Assembly: GCA_028280785.1 (NCBI GenBank)
Contig: JANQLF010000053.1
Coordinates: 41,691 to 105,690 of the forward strand
Direction of reading: 5' to 3'
Source of the DNA: Planctomycetota bacterium
GTDB taxonomy: Bacteria > Planctomycetota > UBA11346
Length of the DNA: 64,000 nt
Part shown: positions 56,288-64,000 of the stretch, in pieces
Layout: each line of letters begins with the position of its first letter
How positions within the stretch are numbered: position 1 is the first letter of the stretch
The notes under the pieces: model-generated
What the model was told of the DNA's origin: nothing
The model's database searches: none
What the model saw: only the letters and a program-made list of their open reading frames with translations
Made by a program: the position numbers and the translations under genes

Positions 56288-58198
56288 CTATTTGTCTTTA
56301 AGAATGAACTTAGCCACGGGTTTGGGTGCCATACGCACCCCACGGGCACTAGCACCTTGGAATGGCACTTCAGCCATATCGAATTTGGCTTTTTTCAGCT
56401 TCTGACGCGGAGCCAAGACCAAGTCCATATCAACCTTGGACTTATCATCACCTACAAAGATATGGTCAACGCGACCAGCCTTGCCTTTGATAATCTCATA
56501 CTCGCGATTACGCGTGAATTTCTCAATTTTAAATTTCTTGGCAAAGGCGTTCTTTTTCTTGTCGCGATAAATGACGGTAAACTCTATGCCTTTTTCTTGA
56601 TCGAAGACTTCGTAGTAAACAGGTTTGGCTGAAATTAATATCTTATCATCTGGCGAACAGATTTTATAAGCGCCATCTTTACTAACGATGAGTACGCGAT
56701 CGAACTCGGTGAGTGTCAGATTATACTTCTCATCGCCCTTAATCGCCGAACCAAAGAAACCGCTCTTTGGATCATAACTGACTTTAATATTAGAGCGCGC
56801 CACCTCTTTAACATCGACTTCTTCAATCGATTCAACCTTGGTACGACGCGGGTAATCTTTGCCATATTTATCCAACAAGCCATTTAAATAGGTAATGGTT
56901 GTTTTCTTCATATTGCGCAACTTGGATTTGATTTCTTTAATCGCCGCAACAATATCGTCGATGTCTTTACGCGTTTTATTGATATCGTACTTAGAAATGC
57001 GACGAATACGAATTTCAAGCAAACGCTTCACATCGTCGTCATTCATTTCACGGATGAACATTTTCTTATATTTGTTCATTCCGGTATAGACAGCCTTGGT
57101 GACCGCTGCTTCGGTCTTACACTCTTCAATCTGCTTATAGACACGTTTTTCGATAAAAATTTGTTCGAGCGTTAACCAATGTTGTTTATTCTCAAGCTGA
57201 TCGAGCTCCCATTGCAATTCGCGCTTGAGGAGCTCTACCAAATTGTTAGTCAACTCTACGAGAATTTCCTTCACCTTCATTATGACTGGGTGACGGTCGC
57301 GAATGACTACAATATTGGAAGAAATATTGACTTCACAGTCTGTGTATGCGTAAAGCTGTGGAATCACTTCTTCGGCGTAAACACCACGCGGTAAGGTTAA
57401 TTCGATTTCCACCTTGTCCGTGGTGAAATCATTAATGCCACCGATTTTAACGCGGCCTTTTTGCGCTGCATTTTCAATCGATGCAATCAGGCTTTCGGTT
57501 GTTGTTGATGCAGGTATTTCCCTAATGACCACGCGCTTATCACCATCAGCTTCTATTTTAGCGCGCAGCTTAATCTTGCCCTTGCCATCAGCATATTCCG
57601 ACACATCCATTAAACCGCCATGTGGAAAATCAGGGTATAGTTTATAACGCTTACCTTCTAAAATTTTAACCTGAGCCTGTAATAATTCTTTAAAGTTATG
57701 CGGCAGAATTTTGGTTGCCATACCTACGGCGATACCTTCCGTGCCGAGCATTAAGATAACAGGCAATTTTACTGGGAGACAAACCGCCTCCTGCTTACGA
57801 CCATCATAACTGGGCTGATAATCGGTGAGGTGCTTATTAAATAATGTTTCACGGGCCAACGGGGTTAAACGACATTCGATATAACGCGCGGCAGCCGCTT
57901 TATCGCCAGTAATCGGATTACCGAAATTTCCTTGTTTTTCGATGAAATAATCCTTATTCGCCAACACCACCAATGCATCGCCAATCGATGCATCGCCATG
58001 TGGATGCAATTTCATGGTTTCGCCAATGATGTTCGCTACTTTATGGTATTTACCGTCGTCCACATTACCTAGTGTTTGCAAAATACGACGTTGAACCGGC
58101 TTGCAGCCATCGCGAATATCCGGAATTGCGCGATCGATGATCACGTAACTGGCGTATTCGAGGAAGTTGCCTTCCATCATTGGTTCAAGATTGGCCAT
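56288..58198 (-). CDS. parC: Type IIA topoisomerase subunit A, short form (ParC-like)
   Basis: Motifs DGCKPVQRRIL and AAARYIECRL (active-site Tyr) are present. At 636 aa it is shorter than typical GyrA. The ParC versus GyrA assignment is not certain. Confidence 0.85.
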   Translation of the reverse strand: MANLEPMMEGNFLEYASYVIIDRAIPDIRDGCKPVQRRILQTLGNVDDGKYHKVANIIGETMKLHPHGDASIGDALVVLANKDYFIEKQGNFGNPITGDKAAAARYIECRLTPLARETLFNKHLTDYQPSYDGRKQEAVCLPVKLPVILMLGTEGIAVGMATKILPHNFKELLQAQVKILEGKRYKLYPDFPHGGLMDVSEYADGKGKIKLRAKIEADGDKRVVIREIPASTTTESLIASIENAAQKGRVKIGGINDFTTDKVEIELTLPRGVYAEEVIPQLYAYTDCEVNISSNIVVIRDRHPVIMKVKEILVELTNNLVELLKRELQWELDQLENKQHWLTLEQIFIEKRVYKQIEECKTEAAVTKAVYTGMNKYKKMFIREMNDDDVKRLLEIRIRRISKYDINKTRKDIDDIVAAIKEIKSKLRNMKKTTITYLNGLLDKYGKDYPRRTKVESIEEVDVKEVARSNIKVSYDPKSGFFGSAIKGDEKYNLTLTEFDRVLIVSKDGAYKICSPDDKILISAKPVYYEVFDQEKGIEFTVIYRDKKKNAFAKKFKIEKFTRNREYEIIKGKAGRVDHIFVGDDKSKVDMDLVLAPRQKLKKAKFDMAEVPFQGASARGVRMAPKPVAKFILKDK

Positions 58199-58215
58199 AA
58201 ACTAGTATCCCATTT

Positions 58216-60033
58216 TTAACTAATATCAGCGATCAGGTTCTTCTCAATAAAGCGGCGGCGCTCAGGGCTATTTTTACCCATAAAGAAGTCCAAAGCCTTC
58301 TCCACTTCGCGCATATTCTTCACATCAATTGGTACTAAGCGTATGTTCTCATCAATAAATTGTTTGAATTCTTTAGGGCTAATCTCACCGAGACCTTTGA
58401 AGCGTGTAACTTCGGGTGAAGTGATTTCCTCGAGTGCTGTGTCGCGCTCTTCTTCACTATAACAGTAACGCGTTTCCTTCTTGTTACGTACACGGAAAAG
58501 AGGTGTCTCTAAGATGTAAACATGCCCCTTAATCACTAGGTCTTCAAAGAAACGCAAGAAAAAGGTCAATAATAAGTTACGAATGTGCATGCCGTCAACG
58601 TCAGCATCTGTTGCAATGATAACTTTATTATAACGCAGATCTTCGACACTCTCTTCGATACCAAGCGCACGCATAATGTTATAGAGCTCTTCGTTTTTAT
58701 AGACGGTATCGCGCTTCAAGCCAAAACAGTTTAATGGCTTACCTTTCAATTTGAAAATCGCCTGGGTATGCACATCACGTGATTGCACCATTGCACCGCC
58801 TGCCGAATCACCCTCAGTAATAAAGATAGAGCTTTCCTCACCAAGTAAGTTTTTCTTGTCGGTGTAGTGAATCTTGCAGTCAATTAATTTTGGAATGCGA
58901 ATGGCTGTTTTCTTCGCTCGTTCGCGTGCTTCTTTTTTAACCGAAGCCAGCTCTTTGCGGACTTTTTCGTTTAACTTAATTTTATTAAGTAATTTCTCGG
59001 CAATCTTCTTGTTTTCGTGCAAAAAACGCAGGACCGCGTCTTTCACGGCCGGTACGATATCGCCGCGCACCTCAGTATTGCCTAATTTGTTTTTTGTTTG
59101 CGATTCAAAAACCGGTTCTTTGATTTTTATAGCAACACTACCGAGCAAGCCATCGCGGACGTCCTCACCAGCAAAATTTTTACCGGCGTATTCGTTCACG
59201 CCTTTGAGCAAGCCTTCGCGAAACGCACTTTGATGAGTACCACCATCGTTGGTATACTGACCGTTTACAAAGCTGAAATAACTCTCGCCATATTTATCAG
59301 TATGGGTAAACGCGAACTCAAGCTGCTTGTCTTTGACATGACAAATCTCATAGAGCGATTTCTCACCGCCGAGTTCTTCGAGCAATAAATCCTGTAGTCC
59401 ATTCTTACTATAAAATTCTTCTTTATTATACGAAATACGTAAACCACTATTGAGATACGCATAATAACGTAGACGGCGCGTTAGATAATCATCCAGGAAC
59501 TCGTAGGTACCAAAAATTTCTTCATCAGGTGTGAATACAACCTCGGTTCCCTGCTCAGTTTTGCGATCAGCGCCCTTTTTATCCTTCTTCAGCTTGCCTT
59601 GCACAAATTCAGCACGACGAAACTTCTTCTCGCGCCAACTCGTCACCATAAATGCAGATGACAACGCATTCACTGCCTTGGTACCAACGCCATTCATACC
59701 TACTGAGAATTGGAAGACATCGTCGTTGTATTTACCACCGGTGTTAATTTGGCTGACACAATCGATGACTTTGCCTAACGGAATGCCGCGACCATAATCG
59801 CGGATAGTAATCTGCTTACCGTCACGGGTAATCTCGATCTTCTTGCCTTCACCCATGATGAATTCATCAACTGAGTTATCGATAACTTCTTTGACTAAGA
59901 CATAGATACCGTCGGCGGGATTCGAGCCGTCACCGAGGCGGCCAATATACATACCGGTGCGTAAGCGGATATGTTCGAGTGGATCGAGCGTTTGAATTGC
60001 TTTTTCGTCATATTTGACCGGTTTTTTGGCCAT
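58216..60033 (-). CDS. parE: Type IIA topoisomerase subunit B (ParE-like)
   Basis: Motifs DNSVDE, GRGIP, GVG, and the Toprim EGDSAGG and DADVDG are present. Confidence 0.88.
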   Translation of the reverse strand: MAKKPVKYDEKAIQTLDPLEHIRLRTGMYIGRLGDGSNPADGIYVLVKEVIDNSVDEFIMGEGKKIEITRDGKQITIRDYGRGIPLGKVIDCVSQINTGGKYNDDVFQFSVGMNGVGTKAVNALSSAFMVTSWREKKFRRAEFVQGKLKKDKKGADRKTEQGTEVVFTPDEEIFGTYEFLDDYLTRRLRYYAYLNSGLRISYNKEEFYSKNGLQDLLLEELGGEKSLYEICHVKDKQLEFAFTHTDKYGESYFSFVNGQYTNDGGTHQSAFREGLLKGVNEYAGKNFAGEDVRDGLLGSVAIKIKEPVFESQTKNKLGNTEVRGDIVPAVKDAVLRFLHENKKIAEKLLNKIKLNEKVRKELASVKKEARERAKKTAIRIPKLIDCKIHYTDKKNLLGEESSIFITEGDSAGGAMVQSRDVHTQAIFKLKGKPLNCFGLKRDTVYKNEELYNIMRALGIEESVEDLRYNKVIIATDADVDGMHIRNLLLTFFLRFFEDLVIKGHVYILETPLFRVRNKKETRYCYSEEERDTALEEITSPEVTRFKGLGEISPKEFKQFIDENIRLVPIDVKNMREVEKALDFFMGKNSPERRRFIEKNLIADIS

Positions 60034-60121
60034 GCAGCCCCTCGCGTGAAGAGCCTAACATGAGGCATCCGATCACAGAATCAAGAAAATGGTTCTGAGC
60101 ACGCTTTTAGCGTCTATTCAC

Positions 60122-60904
60122 CTAATTTGCTTGGGTATCAGTGCTTTCGAAAATTTTATCAGCAGAAGTAGCAATAAATCCGTCGAATAAATTACCATCA
60201 GCATCAGGATAACGCTGAGCGAATTCAACATAACAACCCGGCAATTCTTTTGCCTCATCCCCGAATACCATGCTGATTGGCGCAGCTAAGGTCGAAGCCT
60301 GGCGTAATAATTGCGCTTCGCTGCCCTTTATTAATCCGCCACTTTCGTTCATGGCATAACCTGATTCCTGCAGAAATGTTACTAAGTCAGCAATATCTGC
60401 GAATCCATCAAGGTGATTTACCGAAACGGTAAAATGATTTGCGCGCCAACCAAAGGCATACAACCACGCAGCGTATTCACTGTGGGCCAATAAGTTTTCA
60501 TACGTTTCGACGTTGCAAGACCACGGGCGACCTGGATGACGCATGTCCACTGGCTCGGCACTTAATAACGGCACCAGTGTATCGCCAACAGACACATCAA
60601 ATTCATCTAAGCACAAGGCGCTGATAAAAACACGCGGATGGCCATCGGCATGGGCGAGGTAACGTGCGCGCAAATGCTTGGTCTCAAATCTGTACACATC
60701 ATCGGTAAACTGATAACCGCAGTCTTCAAAGGCTTTGGCTAAACACTCAATCCCACAGTCAGGATGATCGATCGTGCGCAGAGCAATGTGATCGTTGTGT
60801 ACGTTACCGCGCTTACTCAAAAGTTCATGGATCTCGGCGGCCTGCGGACTAATCTCACAGTAATCTTGCCATAGATTGGTAAATAAAGTTTCGACATCAC
60901 TCAT
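60122..60904 (-). CDS. DUF1338 (HglS/YdcJ-like 2-oxoacid dioxygenase/decarboxylase family) protein
   Basis: Motifs DHIALRT and NHFTVSVNHL are present. The ATG at 60904 overlaps the astD stop by 8 nt. Confidence 0.6.
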   Translation of the reverse strand: MSDVETLFTNLWQDYCEISPQAAEIHELLSKRGNVHNDHIALRTIDHPDCGIECLAKAFEDCGYQFTDDVYRFETKHLRARYLAHADGHPRVFISALCLDEFDVSVGDTLVPLLSAEPVDMRHPGRPWSCNVETYENLLAHSEYAAWLYAFGWRANHFTVSVNHLDGFADIADLVTFLQESGYAMNESGGLIKGSEAQLLRQASTLAAPISMVFGDEAKELPGCYVEFAQRYPDADGNLFDGFIATSADKIFESTDTQAN

Positions 60905-62375
60905 CACCGTGCTCCTGAATTCCGGTTGGTAAGGCGCCAAGGCTCAAGGTATCTGCTTCAATAGATGCGCAGGTATAATGACAAAAATCAACGGCGTGCC
61001 ACGCCGCTGCGCGATGATTACCCGATTGGCCAATGCCACCAAACGGCATGTTCCCACTCGCACCGGTAATCTGTCTATTCCAATTCACAATCCCTGCACG
61101 AATCTGCGCAATAAATTGATCATAGAGTTTTTTATTATCGCTAATCAGTCCAGCTGACAAACCATATGCGGTATTATTTGCTTCATTAATCGCCGATTGG
61201 AAATCGGGCACACGATAAACCTGTAAAAGTGGCCCAAATATTTCTTCGTCTTCTACCTCTAAACCTGTTACATCTAAGAGACCTGGACTCAACAAGGTTG
61301 GATGTGCTTCATCAATGCGTTCACACAAAGCCAAGACTTTTGCACCATCAGCAATGAGTGCTGCCTGTGAGGACAGTACCTGTTCAGATGCCTGTTCGTG
61401 TATAACGCCAGACATAAACGGTTCTTCATCACTCATAGGATCACCGACGCGAATGCGTTTCATCATCGCCAACAATGCATCTATATAAGCATCGCCTTCC
61501 TCACCTTCCGGAATGATAAGTCGACGAGCACAGACACAGCGTTGACCTGCGGTAATAAATGCTGATTGCACCATTAATAAAGCAGCGGCTTCAAGATCTT
61601 TTGCTTCCCAGACCACCAGTGGATTATTACCGCCCATTTCCAGAGCCAGCATAATTTCAGGGCGACCCGCGAAGTGCTTATGAATAGCAGCCCCACCGCG
61701 ATACGAACCCGTGAAAAACACAGCGGCGACATCCTCATGCGCCAATAAAGCTTTACCGCTGCGTACATCACCTTGAACGAGATTGATAACGCCTTTGGGC
61801 AGGCATTTACTAAAAATATCTACTAAATAAGCACCAACCGCTGGACAAACTTCACTTGGCTTAAACACAATAGTATTGCCAGCCAATAATGCCGGGACAA
61901 TTTGGCCGTTGGCTAAATGCGCTGGTAAATTAAATGGGCCAAGCACCACACAAACACCAAGTGATTGTTGACGCGTACGCCCTTGGGCTGTTCCCACCTC
62001 CATGTGCTGATCGGTGCAACGAACGTTCCATGAATTAATTGTTGCATCAACTTTGCCGATTAATGCGGCTGCTTCTGTTTTGGCTTCCCACAAAGGCTTG
62101 CCATTTTCGCGGGCAATTAATTCGCTTATCTGTAATTGATGGTCGCGTAAATGGTTTTGATATTTTTTCAAAATATCGATGCGTCGGTGCACATCTAATC
62201 CAGACCAAGCTGGCCATGCGCTTTTTGCTGCTTGCATAGCAGCATCGACTTCTGATTCGCCAGCATGTTGACCGCTCCATAATAATTCACCACTATACGA
62301 CTCGAATGACTCCAAGGCTTCGATGCCAGCATCGATCCATTCACCATTAATAAAATGTGATGCAGGACTGCTCAT
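60897..62375 (-). CDS. astD: Succinylglutamate-semialdehyde dehydrogenase-like aldehyde dehydrogenase
   Basis: Motifs FTGS, LEMGGNNP and TAGQRCVCARRL are present. The ATG at 62375 overlaps the astA stop (ATGA). Confidence 0.85.
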   Translation of the reverse strand: MSSPASHFINGEWIDAGIEALESFESYSGELLWSGQHAGESEVDAAMQAAKSAWPAWSGLDVHRRIDILKKYQNHLRDHQLQISELIARENGKPLWEAKTEAAALIGKVDATINSWNVRCTDQHMEVGTAQGRTRQQSLGVCVVLGPFNLPAHLANGQIVPALLAGNTIVFKPSEVCPAVGAYLVDIFSKCLPKGVINLVQGDVRSGKALLAHEDVAAVFFTGSYRGGAAIHKHFAGRPEIMLALEMGGNNPLVVWEAKDLEAAALLMVQSAFITAGQRCVCARRLIIPEGEEGDAYIDALLAMMKRIRVGDPMSDEEPFMSGVIHEQASEQVLSSQAALIADGAKVLALCERIDEAHPTLLSPGLLDVTGLEVEDEEIFGPLLQVYRVPDFQSAINEANNTAYGLSAGLISDNKKLYDQFIAQIRAGIVNWNRQITGASGNMPFGGIGQSGNHRAAAWHAVDFCHYTCASIEADTLSLGALPTGIQEHGDE

Positions 62376-63397
62376 GATTGCGTATCCGGATAAGCTGGAG
62401 CCCAACGTAATTCATCACCGAGTTTCAGGCCTAAGGCATCCGCCGTTGCTTGATCGACTTGCACACCATCGGCATCGCTGTGCAGCGGTGCCAAGACACA
62501 GCGATAATCTAAGTGTGCATTACTAATCACGCACAGATCTTCCGTTTGTACTACCTCAATTGATGTAATGGCTTGACGCCTGGAATGTTTAACACTGTAA
62601 ATATCTTCGACTTTAGAACGAACAATCGGACCAGCTTCGAAAATATCAATTAATTCGGTTTTATGAAAACCCTGCGCTTCGAGTAATGCCAGCGCTGGTC
62701 TGGTATTCGCATGCACCTCGCCAATGACTTCTTGAGCAGCTTCTGGTAATAGCGGCACATAAATCGGATGCTTCGGCATCAGATCACCAATAAATCGCTT
62801 ATCGCGCACACTTAAAAAGTCAGCCTGCTCCAATGGCATGTCGATGAAATGTTTAGCGATGGCTTCCCAGAACGGTGAATGACCATCAATATCCAACTTA
62901 CCACGCATTTCAGCAATGACTTGCTCTTCAAAGCGATTTTTAAATTCAGCCATGAACAAAAAACGGCTCAATGATAATAGTCGCCCATTGCCACGTTGAC
63001 GATTTTTAGGTGATAAAAATAAACTACATATTTCACTCGGACCATTATGCTCAGAATGCACACATAAAATTGGAATGTTTTTATGTACTTGCAATTGTTC
63101 GCATTCATGGGTTTCGTGTTTTATTTCATAAGCATAAAATGGCAGGTAACCGCCAGTCTTCGCTTCGATGCCACAGATACCAACGATGTGTTCGATTTCC
63201 AAATCTTCGAGTACAAACAAATAACCTTCGGCACCAGCTTTTTCCACGTCCTTAGCAAAACTCTGCTCGGATAATTGAATACGCCTGCCTAATACCTCAC
63301 GGTCTGGTGGTAAGGTTGTGAGACCAGATAAGGCCTGACCAACCAAGACCATCAAGGCATCTAAATCTGAACTACGAATAGGTCGAATGGCATACAT
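62372..63397 (-). CDS. astA: Arginine N-succinyltransferase family protein
   Basis: MYAIRPIRSSDLDAL...GLTTLPPDREVL..RI..SEQSF fits the typical AstA N-terminus. 341 aa. Confidence 0.85.
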   Translation of the reverse strand: MYAIRPIRSSDLDALMVLVGQALSGLTTLPPDREVLGRRIQLSEQSFAKDVEKAGAEGYLFVLEDLEIEHIVGICGIEAKTGGYLPFYAYEIKHETHECEQLQVHKNIPILCVHSEHNGPSEICSLFLSPKNRQRGNGRLLSLSRFLFMAEFKNRFEEQVIAEMRGKLDIDGHSPFWEAIAKHFIDMPLEQADFLSVRDKRFIGDLMPKHPIYVPLLPEAAQEVIGEVHANTRPALALLEAQGFHKTELIDIFEAGPIVRSKVEDIYSVKHSRRQAITSIEVVQTEDLCVISNAHLDYRCVLAPLHSDADGVQVDQATADALGLKLGDELRWAPAYPDTQS

Positions 63398-63399
63398 AG

Positions 63400-64000
63400 C
63401 TATGCTTTCACAGTACTACGCAGTGTATCTCGAATAATTGCCAGTGCACCATCAATATCAGCTTCGGTGACCGCGGCGATAGGAATTAAAAAACGAATAC
63501 GCGTAGGATTCGTACCGGCAATAAAACTTAAAACCCCGGCGTTGTATAAATCCTTAGAGAACTGTACGGCTTTATCTTTCTCACCTTTAAACGGTGTAAA
63601 TACGACCATCGCTCCAAAACCAAACGGACCCGCAACTAAATCAGGTTCTTGCTCGGCAAGCTTGGCAAGTCCATCGCGGAAATACTGACTCATCTTTGCT
63701 GCACGACCGTCAGTGCCAAACAAGCCCGGTTCGGTCATGGTCGTCAAAATCGATTTTGCCGCGAAAATAGCTGAGGTGCTTGAGGTAAAGGTTTGACTGA
63801 TCAATCCCGCACGTGGTTGCAAGTCAGGTTTATATAAGGTTGCACACACCTGCGACATTTTACCAACTGAAACCATATCAACATCGGCATCTAAACCGAA
63901 GTGTTGAAATGCAAATGCGTGATCACTGCGACCAAAGGTCTGAATCTCATCTATATGTACCAGAATGTTATTATCTTTTAAAACTTGAATTAATGCTTTA
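63400..64000 (-). CDS. Class-III PLP aminotransferase, C-terminal part only (the gene continues past the right edge)
   Basis: The frame stays open upstream of the ORF-track Met through position 64000. Manual translation gives ...KALIQVLKDNNILVHIDEIQTFGRSDHAFAFQHFGLDADVDMVSVGKMSQVC... It contains a DEIQT motif and a PLP lysine in a GKxxQVC context. Confidence 0.8.
   Translation of the reverse strand, partial: KALIQVLKDNNILVHIDEIQTFGRSDHAFAFQHFGLDADVDMVSVGKMSQVCATLYKPDLQPRAGLISQTFTSSTSAIFAAKSILTTMTEPGLFGTDGRAAKMSQYFRDGLAKLAEQEPDLVAGPFGFGAMVVFTPFKGEKDKAVQFSKDLYNAGVLSFIAGTNPTRIRFLIPIAAVTEADIDGALAIIRDTLRSTVKA

Overview
A 64-kb bacterial chromosomal window, moderately AT-rich and densely coding. 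I found no rRNA, tRNA, CRISPR array, transposase or integrase. All family calls come from reading motifs in the supplied translations; no database search was run. The gene content fits a Gram-negative, possibly PVC/FCB-like organism, but the taxon cannot be fixed from this window. This guess rests on the Bat aerotolerance operon, a Ser/Thr kinase, a short ParC/ParE pair, a bacilliredoxin and a 23S-IVS-type four-helix-bundle gene.

Layout:
- 1-8600: an AT-rich accessory-looking stretch of small unknown genes. It also holds a NUDIX hydrolase, an orphan four-helix-bundle gene and a large secreted protein. A repeat family that I cannot assign to any known class is scattered through it.
- 8609-15001: a glycan/ADP-ribose cluster. 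A membrane protein fused to a GH10 domain is followed by a macro domain and an ADP-ribosylglycohydrolase. A GtrA plus GT2 pair is transcribed divergently.
- 17322-34295: 16 co-directional, mostly overlapping genes. They comprise a complete Bat operon, then ClpS, then a second MoxR/DUF58 module, then TatD.
- 35212-64000: mostly housekeeping genes (ilvC, tilS, cobB, ribF, purB, parCE), a signalling operon, an ABC-2 operon and a non-canonical AST-like operon that runs off the right edge.

The most unusual signal is the repeat family at 3110-3404, 6371-6610 and 6916-6979. Its roughly 50-bp inverted arms are tandem 7-bp units ending in TNGA. They flank a hairpin whose stem differs between copies while staying complementary.
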